Of a stretch of DNA of 55,535 bases, positions 46,259 through 55,535 are shown in pieces. This DNA is from Deltaproteobacteria bacterium (GTDB lineage Bacteria; Myxococcota_A; UBA9160; SMWR01): positions 1 to 55,535 of the forward strand of contig JAFDBP010000234.1 in the NCBI GenBank assembly GCA_019313245.1, written 5' to 3'. A program made the position numbers and the translations under genes. Within the stretch, counting starts at the first letter, position 1, and each line of letters opens with the position of its first letter. The notes beneath the pieces were generated by a model that had not been told where the DNA came from, made no database searches, and was given only the letters and a program-made list of their open reading frames with translations.

Positions 46259-48691
46259 TCAGCGGAAGAAGGCGATCGTCACGCCGTCCCCTCCGTCTTG
46301 CTGAGCGGCGGTGGCGAAGTGCGAGATGAACGGACAGTCGCGGAGGTATTCGCGGACGACCTTGCGCAGCGTGCCCGTCCCGCGCCCATGGCTGATCGCG
46401 AGCGTCGGTCGGCCCACCGATGCGGCCCGGTCGAGCGCGTAGGCCAGCCGATCGAGGGCTTCGTCGACCCGCAGGCCGTGCAGGTCGCAGCGATCCGCAT
46501 CCGCTTCGAGTTCGGCCGGCCCCTCTGCGGAAGCCGAGCGCGTGACGGTGATTCGCGGCTTCGCGCGCGGCGCCGGTTGCGCATTCTCCGTGGGCTCCGC
46601 CGCTCCCACCCGCTCCATCGGAACGGACAAGCGCGCACTGCCGAGCTGCACGGTGACGCGGCCGCGCTGGTCGGGCAACGACGAGAGCACGCCCCTGCCG
46701 CCGCCGAGGATCTGGACGAGATCGCCCGCGGCGGCGCGGGGCCAGTCGATCGGATTGAGCAGCTCGTCGGTCGGCGCTTCGAGTCCCGCTTCGCGCTGCG
46801 AGGCCTCCGCATCACTCGCGATCGCCTGCAATTTCTCGCGGGCCGCGGCCGCATCGCGCGCGCTGCCACCGCGCTGAAGCTCGCGGATCACGCTGGCGAC
46901 TTGTTCGTGCGCATCGCGAAACGACTGCTCGAGATCCTCTCGCATCGAGAGGAACAGCTTGTCGCGCCTGGCCTGCAGCCTCTCCAGTTTCGCCCGGTGC
47001 TCATCTCGCACCGCCTCGGTTTCGGACTTCAACTCTGCGATCTCGCGCTGCTCGGCTTCGAGTGCAGAGCGACTTGCGGAGAGTTCGGCCAGCACCCGAT
47101 CGAGTTGGCGGTCTTCGCGATCCAGCAGCTCGTTGGCGCGCGCGATCACGCGCGCATCGAGTCCCATCCGAGCCGCGACGGAGGTCGCCGACGAGGTTCC
47201 GGGCAGCCCCATGCGGAGGCGATAGGTGGGTTCGAGCGTCTCGGAGTCGAACTCGACGCTCGCATTTGCAAAGCGCGCGTCGACTTCGGCCATCTCCTTG
47301 AGCAGGTTGTAGTGGGTGGTGGCGATGACGCGCGCACCGCGATCGGCCAGTGTCTCCAGCGCCGCCTGCGCGAGCGCCGCGCCCTCACCCGGGTCGGTGC
47401 CGACGCCAATTTCGTCGAGCACGACCAGCGATCGATTCGTCGCCCGACGGGTGATGTCGGCGAGATTTGCCATGTGGGCCGAGAAGGTCGAGAGATTTTC
47501 ACTGATGTCCTGCTCGTCTCCGATGTGAGCGAGCACTTCGTCGAAGAGATCGACGCGCGCCCCCTCCGCGGCCAACACGTGCATTCCCGCGCGAACGAAG
47601 AGCGCCGCGAGCGCCGCTGCCTTGAGCGCGACGGTCTTGCCGCCCGCATTGGGCCCCGAGAGAATCAACGCCGTGAAGTCGGAGCCGATCCGCAGGTCGC
47701 TGGGCACTGCCGCGTCGATCGGCAGCAGGGGGTGTCGAAGCTGCGGCAGCTGCAGCATTCCGTCGTTGCCGATCTCGGGCGCGACGGCGTCGAAATCTTC
47801 TGCGAGCGCGGCCCGGGCGAACGCGAGGTCGATGATCTCCAGGGTTGCGATGTTGGCTTCGATGGAGTCGGCTGCGGAGCCCGCTTCGCGCGAGAGCACG
47901 CGCAAGATGCGCAGGATTTCGCGCTCGATGGTGATCTCCGCGCGCTTGAGCTGGTTGTTGAGTTCGACGAGGGGTTCGGGTTCGATGTAGAGCGTCATCC
48001 CCGAATTCGACGCGTCGTGGACGATGCCCGCGATGCCCCCTCGCGAATCGGCGCGAACGGGCAGCACGTAGCGATTGTTTCGGATGGTGTAGTAGGTGTC
48101 GGAGAGGTGGGGCGTGATGTTCGGGGCCTGCAGGTAGTGGCTCAACTTCGCCTGGATTTCGCTGGCGATTCGCTGTGTGTCCCGCCGCGCGGACGCGAGC
48201 GTCGGGGACGCGCTGTCGCGGACTTCGCCGGACGGTTCGAGGCTGGCGTCGATGTCGCGTTCGAGGTCGCGCTGTTCGACGAGAGTCTCCGCGAGATCCG
48301 CGAGTCGGGGTGCCGATTCGCGTCGCAATTCGAGGAAGCGCCTGGCTTCGTGGGTGACGCGCAGCGCCGAAGCCAGATTCAGTAGCTCGCGCGCCGCGAG
48401 CACTCCGTCCTTGCGCGCGCGGGTCAGCGTCTGTTCGAGATCGGGAATGCTCCCGAGCGGCAGTGCTTCGCCAGCCGCGAGCAGGTTTCTGGCCTCGCCC
48501 GTTTCGGCGAGGCGTTCGAGCACTCCGCGGCGGGTCGGCTCGAATAGGGAGGCTTCGAGCGATTCGCCCTCCAGAGCCTCCACTGCGCAGCGCCTGCGAA
48601 CTCCGGGCGTCCGCGCGCGCTCGCCCAACATCGCGAGAACCTCTTTCCATTCGAGGCGTTCGAGGGTCTTTTGCGTGACGAGGAAGCCCAT
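46259..48691 (-). CDS. mutS2: endonuclease MutS2 (MutS domain + C-terminal Smr)
   Basis: 810 aa. LILSGPNAGGKTVALK Walker A. VLDEIGVGTDPGEGAALA. C-terminal Smr CDLHGLRVDEAL..ISHGRGTGTLRKVV. Confidence 0.9.
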   Translation of the reverse strand: MGFLVTQKTLERLEWKEVLAMLGERARTPGVRRRCAVEALEGESLEASLFEPTRRGVLERLAETGEARNLLAAGEALPLGSIPDLEQTLTRARKDGVLAARELLNLASALRVTHEARRFLELRRESAPRLADLAETLVEQRDLERDIDASLEPSGEVRDSASPTLASARRDTQRIASEIQAKLSHYLQAPNITPHLSDTYYTIRNNRYVLPVRADSRGGIAGIVHDASNSGMTLYIEPEPLVELNNQLKRAEITIEREILRILRVLSREAGSAADSIEANIATLEIIDLAFARAALAEDFDAVAPEIGNDGMLQLPQLRHPLLPIDAAVPSDLRIGSDFTALILSGPNAGGKTVALKAAALAALFVRAGMHVLAAEGARVDLFDEVLAHIGDEQDISENLSTFSAHMANLADITRRATNRSLVVLDEIGVGTDPGEGAALAQAALETLADRGARVIATTHYNLLKEMAEVDARFANASVEFDSETLEPTYRLRMGLPGTSSATSVAARMGLDARVIARANELLDREDRQLDRVLAELSASRSALEAEQREIAELKSETEAVRDEHRAKLERLQARRDKLFLSMREDLEQSFRDAHEQVASVIRELQRGGSARDAAAAREKLQAIASDAEASQREAGLEAPTDELLNPIDWPRAAAGDLVQILGGGRGVLSSLPDQRGRVTVQLGSARLSVPMERVGAAEPTENAQPAPRAKPRITVTRSASAEGPAELEADADRCDLHGLRVDEALDRLAYALDRAASVGRPTLAISHGRGTGTLRKVVREYLRDCPFISHFATAAQQDGGDGVTIAFFR

Positions 48692-48722
48692 ACAGCACCC
48701 ACTGATTCAGGCACAAACATTC

Positions 48723-49586
48723 ATGAACCGGCACCGGCAACCGAAACAATTGCGAATGGGAGAGAACCGGTCCACTGAGGCAGTTCTGGAGGCCACCCGG
48801 GATCTCGATCGGCGCAGCACCGCCGAGATCCTGGCGGCGGTGCACGCCGAAGATGCCAACGCGGTCTCCGCCGTGAGCGAGGTGCTACCCCAGATCGAGA
48901 AGGCCGTCGACGTGCTCTCCTGCACGCTCGGTGGCGGCGGGCGCTGGTTCAACGTGGGGGCCGGCACGAGCGGCCGCATGGGCGCGCTGGATTGCGCCGA
49001 ACTGCCACCCACGTTCGGGATCGAGCCGAGCCGCGTGCAGGCCGTCGTGGCGGGCGGCGCGCGCGCGCTATCGCGGGCCGTCGAGGGCGCGGAGGACGAT
49101 GTCTACGCGGGCCCCTGCGAGCTGCGCCGTCGCGAGCTCGGGGTGGGCGATGCGGTCGTGGCGATCTCCGCGAGCGGCCACACGCCCTTCGTGCTCAGTT
49201 GCCTCGAAGAGGCGTACAACGCGGGTGCACGGACGATCGGAATTACCTGCGTTCCCGACTCGCCGCTCGCCGAAGCTGCCGAGATCGCGATCGTGACGAA
49301 TACGGGTGCCGAGGTGATCGCCGGCTCTACACGAATGAAGGCCGGCCTCGCCCAGAAGATGGTGCTCCACCTGCTCTCGACGACCGTCATGGTGCGGCTG
49401 GGTTACGTGAGGGGCAATCTGATGACGCACCTGGTGCCCGGCTCCGAGAAGCTGCGCGAACGCGCGATCCGAATCATCGAATCGACGACCGACTTGAATT
49501 CCGAGCAGGCCGCCCGCTTGCTCGACGAGAACGGCGGCAGCGTCGCGGCTGCGCTCGCCAGCCTGGAGAGGCGCATCGCCGGATAG
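48723..49586 (+). CDS. murQ: N-acetylmuramic acid 6-phosphate etherase
   Basis: SIS-domain protein. STEAVLEATRDLDRRSTAEIL, FNVGAGTSGRMGALDCAELPPTFG, ISASGHTPFV and GSTRMKAGLAQKMVL. The start could be ATG at 48756 instead. Confidence 0.8.
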   Translation: MNRHRQPKQLRMGENRSTEAVLEATRDLDRRSTAEILAAVHAEDANAVSAVSEVLPQIEKAVDVLSCTLGGGGRWFNVGAGTSGRMGALDCAELPPTFGIEPSRVQAVVAGGARALSRAVEGAEDDVYAGPCELRRRELGVGDAVVAISASGHTPFVLSCLEEAYNAGARTIGITCVPDSPLAEAAEIAIVTNTGAEVIAGSTRMKAGLAQKMVLHLLSTTVMVRLGYVRGNLMTHLVPGSEKLRERAIRIIESTTDLNSEQAARLLDENGGSVAAALASLERRIAG

Positions 49587-49621
49587 CCGCTCGCCTCGCG
49601 CTGCGATGGCCTTGTGGCTGA

Positions 49622-51964
49622 TCAATCGGATTCGAAATCGGTTCCCTCTTTCGCATCGAGAACGGATCGCAGCTTGCGCGCGAGCGCTCCCATGCTGAAG
49701 GGTTTTTGCAGCAGATTTGCGCGATCCGGCGGGCCGGTTTTCGCTTCGAAGGCGTCGGACGCGTAGCCCGACATGAGCAAGCACTTCATCGCTGGCCACT
49801 CGCTGGTGATCCGCTTCACGAGCTCCGGGCCCGAGATGTCTCCGGGCAAGATGATGTCGGACAAGAGCAGATCGAACGGGCCGCGCTCGTTCAGAATCGC
49901 CAGCGCTTCCGAGCCGTTCGAGGCACTGGCCACCCGATAGTTGTGTTGCTCGAGAAACGCGACGATCACCTGTCGAAGTGCGGGATCGTCCTCGACGACG
50001 AGCACGGATTCGCTCTGCCCGGTCGGTACGGTGTCGGCGCCGACGTCCTCGAGCGCATCGGGCGGCAGGTCCGTCCACGGGATGTAGAGGCGCACCTCGG
50101 TGCCCGATCCCATCTTGGATTCGATTGCAACGTGCCCGCCGGACTGTTTGACGAATCCATAGACCATGCTGAGTCCGAGCCCGCTGCCGTCCCCCACGTC
50201 CTTGGTCGTAAAGAACGGTTCGAACACCCTCGCTCGCACTGCGGCAGACATCCCGACGCCCGTGTCGCGCACGGCAATCAAGACGTAATCGCCCGCGTCG
50301 GCGTCTGGAATCATCGCAGCGTCGTGTTCGTCCAGCGAGACGTTCGCGGTCTCGATCGTAATCGAGCCGCCATTGCGCATGGCGTCTCGCGCATTGATCG
50401 CCAGATTCAAGATCGCATTTTCGAGTTGTAGCCGGTCGATCATGCACGGAGCGATGTTCGGTCTCAGCTTGAATCGCAACTCGATGGTTTCTCCGAGGGT
50501 GCGCTCCAGCAGGCCCGTCATCGATTCGAGGAGGTCGTTGATGAAGACCGGCCGCGAATCGAGGGGCTGCTTGCGCGAAAAGGCGAGCAGCCGCCCCGTC
50601 AGCGCAGCTCCCCGGTTGGCGGCGGCCGTGGCTTCCTCGGTATAGGCTCGTTCGGGGCTGTCGGGTTCGAGCGACTGTTCGAGCAGGTCGATATTGCCGA
50701 CGATGACCGCCAGCAGGTTGTTGAAGTCGTGGGCGATTCCGCCCGTGAGTTGGCCGATCGCCTCCATCTTCTGGGAGTGGCGGAGTTCTTCCTGCATGTG
50801 CTTCCGGGTGATCACTTCCTTCGAAAGTTCGCGATTGGCGGCGGCCAACTGCTCGTTCTTGATCAGCAGCTGTTGCTCGCTCTGCCGAAGCAACGAAGCG
50901 CCTGTCTCCGATTTTTCGACGAGTTCGACCTCGATGCGCTGCGACCACCAGTCGCGCAATCCGATCGATATCATGAACAGAACCGACGCACCGATGGCGT
51001 GTGGGGCGATATCCGGGGTCAATCCCTCGGGATGAAAAAGCGTCACGCCCACCAGTCCCGCGATCGCGAACGGTGGCAGAAGTGTTTCCCACTGGCGCGC
51101 AGTTCGATCGATGGACAGCAGGTCGCTTTCTCTCGTGGGATCCACTGCCGCCAGATCCTGCTCGAAGGCGGCCCAGTAGCCGAACGAAGACGTGATGAAA
51201 TAGCCGATGTTTGCGAAAGATCCCGAGTTGTAGGTGTGGGACGCAAACTCGTACACCGAGAGGTAATCCGATACCGCGAGCGATCCCAGCACGATCAGCA
51301 GAGGCAGCATGACGATGCGCCTGCGACCGTGCATGTAGAAGCAGATGTTGAAAAGTGCGAAGACAAACGCGGTCATCGCGATGGCCGCATATGCGATGAG
51401 CACATGGCGCTGCCCGGGGACGGTCAATGACGTGAGGTGGTGTTGGAAGATGATCGTATTCGACAAGAAGATGGCGGCTGCGAGTATCCCCGTGTTGCCG
51501 AGTTGAACGAGCGCCGATGCGAGGGTTGGAGTGCTCGTGCGATAGATCCAGATTCCGATCATCAAGAGGAGCGGGGCAATCATGAAGCCGATGTCAGCGG
51601 GTGATGGAATCGGATTTGAAATATCCAGGATCGTTTCGTAGATCGCCCAGGTCAATTGGGCGAGCACATTCGAGAGATAGGCCAGGCTGATGAAGAGCCA
51701 GGCAATTCGCACTTTGCCTCGCAGGCGCCGGGTGGTCGAAAAACATTTCAGCGCGGTGGCGCCCACGATTACCACCAACCAGCCGTTCGCCCAGTGTGCC
51801 ACCCAGGCCGCTTCGATCCGCAAGATCAGCGGAGCCGATGCGACCGCAACCACGAGCGCGAGCACCGTCAGGGTCGCGGGGCGCGAATGCTTCGGAAGTG
51901 TCGCCGCGGGGTCTTCGTTCTCGGTCAGCAAAAACGCCTCACTTCCCAGAGGATGGCTTCCCAT
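49622..51964 (-). CDS. hybrid sensor histidine kinase / response regulator with about 9-TM N-terminal sensor
   Basis: 780 aa. H-box GIAHDFNNLL. DTGVGM and GSGLGLSMV. C-terminal receiver VLVVEDDP..DLLLSDIILPG. Confidence 0.9.
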   Translation of the reverse strand: MGSHPLGSEAFLLTENEDPAATLPKHSRPATLTVLALVVAVASAPLILRIEAAWVAHWANGWLVVIVGATALKCFSTTRRLRGKVRIAWLFISLAYLSNVLAQLTWAIYETILDISNPIPSPADIGFMIAPLLLMIGIWIYRTSTPTLASALVQLGNTGILAAAIFLSNTIIFQHHLTSLTVPGQRHVLIAYAAIAMTAFVFALFNICFYMHGRRRIVMLPLLIVLGSLAVSDYLSVYEFASHTYNSGSFANIGYFITSSFGYWAAFEQDLAAVDPTRESDLLSIDRTARQWETLLPPFAIAGLVGVTLFHPEGLTPDIAPHAIGASVLFMISIGLRDWWSQRIEVELVEKSETGASLLRQSEQQLLIKNEQLAAANRELSKEVITRKHMQEELRHSQKMEAIGQLTGGIAHDFNNLLAVIVGNIDLLEQSLEPDSPERAYTEEATAAANRGAALTGRLLAFSRKQPLDSRPVFINDLLESMTGLLERTLGETIELRFKLRPNIAPCMIDRLQLENAILNLAINARDAMRNGGSITIETANVSLDEHDAAMIPDADAGDYVLIAVRDTGVGMSAAVRARVFEPFFTTKDVGDGSGLGLSMVYGFVKQSGGHVAIESKMGSGTEVRLYIPWTDLPPDALEDVGADTVPTGQSESVLVVEDDPALRQVIVAFLEQHNYRVASASNGSEALAILNERGPFDLLLSDIILPGDISGPELVKRITSEWPAMKCLLMSGYASDAFEAKTGPPDRANLLQKPFSMGALARKLRSVLDAKEGTDFESD

Positions 51965-52483
51965 TGAGGGAGCCGCGAGATCCTATACGAGGTTGATCCG
52001 CCTCCGATCGGGCGCGCGCAGCCCGCGGTTCGGCGCGAACCCAGAGCCTCGGAGCGCCGTGCATCCTCGGATTTGCGAGGCTCGCCCCTGCGCGATCAAG
52101 GTGCACCGTTTCGACTCGTGTGGCAATACGCCACACCTGGAGAGATCACCGCATCGTGTTGGCGTCTACGGGGGCGTCGCTGGTATGGTCCCGCGGCCGG
52201 CATCGGGCGTCTGGCGGCGCAATTTTTCTCGAGCGGACTGCCAAACCGGACTGACGCGGCGATGCGCTGGTGGTTGGTACGGTTCTGGCCGCGTGAGACG
52301 AAGGCTTCGATGGCGGGTCGGGCTCCCCATGCATCTGGGTGGGGGAGAGCTGGCAAGGACCCATTCATATGGCTTTGAATTTGTGGGACTGAATGGTCGC
52401 GCGGTGGAATTTCGGATTCCCTTCGCGGCGGGTCGCTCCATTACGCGACCAACGGAACATCAGACAATGAAGAAGGTTCATCG

Positions 52484-53899
52484 ATGAGTGCGAACGATCC
52501 CGTAGCGCAGGGTTACAACTACCGGGTGGTGCGCCAGTTCAGTGTCATGACGGTCGTCTGGGGCGTCGTCGGAATGCTGATGGGTGTGATCGTCGCCGCG
52601 CAGCTCGCGTGGCCGGAGCTCAACTTCAATACACCCTGGTTCAGCTTCGGACGGCTCCGCCCCCTTCACACCAACGCCGTGATCTTCGCGTTCGGCGGAT
52701 GCGCGCTGTTCGGAACGTCGCTCTATGTCGTGCAGCGCACGTGTCAGGTGCGACTGCTCTCGGACAAATTGGCGTCGTTCGTGTTCTGGGGCTGGCAGCT
52801 GGTCATCCTCTGCGCAGCGGTGAGCCTGCCGCTCGGATACACCACTTCGAAGGAGTACGCGGAACTCGAGTGGCCGATCGATATTTTGATCGCGGTGGTG
52901 TGGGTCGCCTACGCGATCCTGTTCTTTGGCACGATCGCGCGGCGGAAGACCGCGCACATCTACGTCGCCAACTGGTTCTACGGCGGCTTCATCCTGACTG
53001 TGGCTGTGCTGCACATCGTCAACAGCCTGGCCGTTCCCGTCTCTGCGATGAAGTCGTATTCGATCTACGCGGGCACCGTGGATGCGATGGTGCAGTGGTG
53101 GTACGGGCACAACGCCGTGGGATTCTTCCTGACCGCGGGCTTCCTCGGCATGATGTACTACTTCGTTCCCAAGCAGGCCGAGCGGCCGATCTATTCCTAC
53201 CGCCTCTCCGTGGTCCACTTCTGGGCGCTGATCTCGGTCTACATGTGGGCGGGGCCGCATCACCTGCACTACACGGCGCTGCCCGACTGGGCGCAGTCGC
53301 TCGGAATGGTCTTCTCGTTGATTCTGTTGGCGCCCTCGTGGGGCGGCATGATCAACGGAATCATGACGCTTTCCGGAGCGTGGCATAAGCTGCGCAATGA
53401 CCCCGTGATTCGCTTCATGATCGTCTCGCTCTCCTTCTACGGGATGTCGACCTTCGAGGGTCCGATGATGGCGATCAAGACCGTCAACGCGCTCTCGCAC
53501 TACACGGATTGGACGGTCGGGCACGTTCACTCTGGGGCCCTCGGCTGGGTGGCGATGATGACCATCGGCAGCCTCTATTCGCTCCTTCCGACGCTCTATG
53601 GCGTGAAGTCGATGTACAGCGTGGCGCTCGTCAATATCCATTTCTGGCTCGCGACCTTCGGCGTCGTGCTCTACGCGACGTTCATGTGGATATCCGGAGT
53701 GATGCAGGGACTGATGTGGCGCGCGGTGAACGAAGACGGGACGTTGACCTACTCGTTCGTGCAATCCGTCGATGCGACCTGGCCCTATTACGTCGGGCGA
53801 CTCATCGGAGGCCTCATGTTCCTCTCCGGCATGTTGCTCATGGCCTACAACACCTACAAGACGATTCGCGGCGCGCGCTCCGCCGCGAATGCGGCTTAA
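52484..53899 (+). CDS. ccoN: cytochrome-c oxidase, cbb3-type, subunit I
   Basis: 471 aa with 12 TM helices. [28 protein letters not shown] and [15 protein letters not shown] are heme/Cu histidine blocks. Confidence 0.95.
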   Translation: MSANDPVAQGYNYRVVRQFSVMTVVWGVVGMLMGVIVAAQLAWPELNFNTPWFSFGRLRPLHTNAVIFAFGGCALFGTSLYVVQRTCQVRLLSDKLASFVFWGWQLVILCAAVSLPLGYTTSKEYAELEWPIDILIAVVWVAYAILFFGTIARRKTAHIYVANWFYGGFILTVAVLHIVNSLAVPVSAMKSYSIYAGTVDAMVQWWYGHNAVGFFLTAGFLGMMYYFVPKQAERPIYSYRLSVVHFWALISVYMWAGPHHLHYTALPDWAQSLGMVFSLILLAPSWGGMINGIMTLSGAWHKLRNDPVIRFMIVSLSFYGMSTFEGPMMAIKTVNALSHYTDWTVGHVHSGALGWVAMMTIGSLYSLLPTLYGVKSMYSVALVNIHFWLATFGVVLYATFMWISGVMQGLMWRAVNEDGTLTYSFVQSVDATWPYYVGRLIGGLMFLSGMLLMAYNTYKTIRGARSAANAA

Positions 53900-53911
53900 G
53901 GGGGTAATTCG

Positions 53912-54520
53912 GTGAATCACGAAGTCATCGAAAAGAACATGGGCCTGATGGTGGTCCTCGTCATCGCCGTGATCAGTCTCGGAGGGCTCGCCGAAATCGT
54001 TCCGCTGATGTTTCAGGACACGGTCACGGAGCCGATCGAAGGCATGAAGCCCCTCACCGCACTTCAGCTGGAAGGTCGCGACATCTACATTCGAGAGGGA
54101 TGCGTGGGGTGTCATTCCCAGATGATTCGGCCGCTGCGCGCGGAGACCGAGCGCTACGGCCATTACTCGGTCGCAGGAGAGTCGGCCTACGATCACCCCT
54201 TCCTGTGGGGATCGAAGCGAACGGGCCCCGATCTGGCGCGGGTGGGCAAGCGTTACAGCGACGACTGGCACCGAACCCACCTGATCAATCCGCGAAGCGT
54301 GGTTCCCGAATCCAACATGCCGGGATTCCCCTGGCTCGCGGAGAACACGCTCGACGGAGAAGACACGGCGGCGAAGATGAGGGCGCTGCGTTCCGTCGGC
54401 GTTCCCTACGAGGACGCGGACATCGAGGGTGCGCAGCAAGCCGTCGCGGGCAAGACCGAGATCGAGGCCGTGATCGCGTATCTGCAGCAGCTCGGAACCC
54501 ATCTCAAGGCGAGGCGTTGA
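53912..54520 (+). CDS. ccoO: cytochrome-c oxidase, cbb3-type, subunit II (monoheme)
   Basis: GTG at 53912 follows GGGGG. N-terminal TM helix. [36 protein letters not shown]. Confidence 0.95.
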   Translation: MNHEVIEKNMGLMVVLVIAVISLGGLAEIVPLMFQDTVTEPIEGMKPLTALQLEGRDIYIREGCVGCHSQMIRPLRAETERYGHYSVAGESAYDHPFLWGSKRTGPDLARVGKRYSDDWHRTHLINPRSVVPESNMPGFPWLAENTLDGEDTAAKMRALRSVGVPYEDADIEGAQQAVAGKTEIEAVIAYLQQLGTHLKARR

Positions 54521-54523
54521 GCG

Positions 54524-54700
54524 ATGGACATCAATGACTTTCGGGGTTTGATCACACTGGTGACGATGCTCACCTACGGTGGAGTCTGTTGGTGGGCGTA
54601 CAGCTCGCGCAATCGGAGTCGTTTCGAGGACGACGCGATGTTGCCTTTTGCGGACGAATGGGAATCCACGACCACCTCGGCGGGAGATCGCGAGCGATGA
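54524..54700 (+). CDS. ccoQ: cbb3-type oxidase small subunit CcoQ/FixQ (58 aa; below the ORF-track cut-off)
   Basis: Read from the DNA: MDINDFRGLITLVTMLTYGGVCWWAYSSRNRSRFEDDAMLPF.., a single TM helix. The stop overlaps the ccoP start as ATGA. Confidence 0.8.
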   Translation: MDINDFRGLITLVTMLTYGGVCWWAYSSRNRSRFEDDAMLPFADEWESTTTSAGDRER

Positions 54701-55341
54701 CCCATAGCTGGAGTGTGTATGTAATTGTCATCGTGGTCCTTAACGTGGTTGGGTGCGCGTGGCTTCTCTACGCCAATCGCAAGGCGAAGGTGAAGCCGGG
54801 CGAGAGTGGCGAGCCCGTCGGGCACGAGTTCGACGGGATCGGGGAACTCAACAACCCCCTGCCCGCGTGGTGGACCTGGCTCTTCGTGGTGACGATCATC
54901 TTCGCGGTGATCTACCTGGCGCTGTATCCCGGACTGGGAAGATTTGCGGGCGGCCTCGGCTGGACTTCCGGCGGTCAATGGGACGATCAGATCGCGGACG
55001 CGAAGGCGCAGTACGGTCCCATCTACGCCCGCTATTTCGAACGGTCGATTCCCGATCTCCTCGATGAGCCGGCAGCGATCGAAATGGTAGGGCGGCTGTT
55101 TGCGATCAACTGTTCGACCTGCCACGGCTCCGACGCGCGCGGTGGAGACGGCTACCCCAACCTGACGGACGACGACTGGCTCTACGGCGGGGCTCCCGAA
55201 ACCATCGTGCAGACGATCACCCACGGTCGCAACGGCATGATGCCGCCGATGGGTGCGGCGGTCGGCGGTGAACCCGGGATCAAGCAGGTGGCGCAATACG
55301 TGCTGAGCCTCAGCGGTCGCCCCCACGACGAGAAGCTGGTG
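54697..55341 (+). CDS. ccoP: cbb3-type oxidase subunit III CcoP: TM helix and first heme domain only, with the frame running into foreign antisense sequence
   Basis: Not in the ORF track because there is no stop before the window end. MTHSWSVYVIVIVVLN.., ELNNPLPAWWTWLF, NCSTCHGSDARGG and HGRNGMMPPMG. The expected second CxxCH domain is missing after ..LSLSGRPHDEKLV. Confidence 0.8.
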
Positions 55342-55535
55342 CGGCTGATCGAGAGATCGCGCAGCCCGCCGCGGATAAAGGACATGATCTCTTTGCGGAA
55401 GTGCTCTGGCTGGACGAACTCGGGGTTGTTCTCGAAGTGCTCGAGCAGCCGGTCCTGGTACTTCGACATTGCGAAGAAGAACGATGGCTCCTCGACCCAG
55501 TCGACCTTTTGCTCGTGGGTCGGGCAGGTGAAGTC
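55332..55535 (-). CDS. metG: methionyl-tRNA synthetase internal fragment (N-terminal side outside the window, C-terminal side missing)
   Basis: The minus-strand translation DFTCPTHEQKVDWVEEPSFFFAMSKYQDRLLEHFENNPEFVQPEHFRKEIMSFIRGGLRDLSISRTSF matches the conserved MetRS connective-peptide/KMSKS-proximal region. Similarity stops at about 55330. Confidence 0.7.

Noticed and set aside
45392-48385. A 997-aa ORF on the plus strand, the longest in the track.
   Set aside because: It is antisense to mutS2, which has clear Walker A and Smr motifs. The plus-strand product is Arg/Gly/Ala-rich with no recognisable motif, so it is a GC-driven shadow ORF.
52478-54502. A 674-aa minus-strand ORF.
   Set aside because: It is antisense to ccoN/ccoO, whose identity is unambiguous. 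Its composition (R/H/D/E/G rich) is typical of a shadow frame.
55342-55535. Continuation of the ccoP reading frame to the window end as a possible novel CcoP fusion domain.
   Set aside because: The translated tail (RLIERSRSPPRIKDMISLRKCSGW..) has no heme motif. It is exactly antisense to a well-conserved MetRS segment, so it is a frame artefact of the junction.

Overview
This is a high-GC bacterial chromosomal window with about 44 supportable genes. Antisense shadow ORFs are abundant. The ORF track prints GTG and TTG starts as M, so several starts were re-picked by reading the DNA. No database search was possible, and all family names rest on motifs I recognise from memory. Left arm (1-12.4 kb): a surface-glycan locus. 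It holds a wecB-like epimerase fragment, a pyruvyl transferase, a GT2, two paralogous GT-C-like membrane proteins, an ATGA-coupled methyltransferase/GMC-oxidoreductase/DegT-aminotransferase trio, and a plant-type LRR protein with 12 perfect 24-residue repeats. Centre (16.0-30.4 kb): this is the main result. Ten co-directional genes sit behind a textbook sigma-54 promoter that has twin GGTGATATCACC palindromes upstream. In order they are an NHL propeller, a hexaheme cytochrome that aligns block by block with Geobacter OmcS (the nanowire subunit, including the inter-subunit His16), a strong terminator, a propeller lipoprotein, a 717-aa outer-membrane beta-barrel, two lipoproteins carrying three LpoB/TolB-N-like domains, a SurA/parvulin chaperone, paralogous 26-heme and 16-heme cytochromes, and a second NHL propeller. 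I read this as a complete cytochrome-nanowire production, export and charging system. A convergent operon encodes a PhnD-like binding protein, a sensor kinase with a periplasmic CxxCH heme site, and an NtrC-type sigma-54 activator; it is the obvious candidate regulator. Right arm: BCCT transporter, M28 peptidase, vWA protein, Ca-binding repeat protein, patatin, a small Cys-rich ORF with its own terminator, folC, a PPOX-like flavoprotein, mutS2, murQ, a hybrid kinase and ccoNOQP. ccoQ and ccoP are absent from the ORF track. At about 55.33 kb, ccoP collides head-on with a metG fragment, so that point is either a rearrangement or an assembly chimera.
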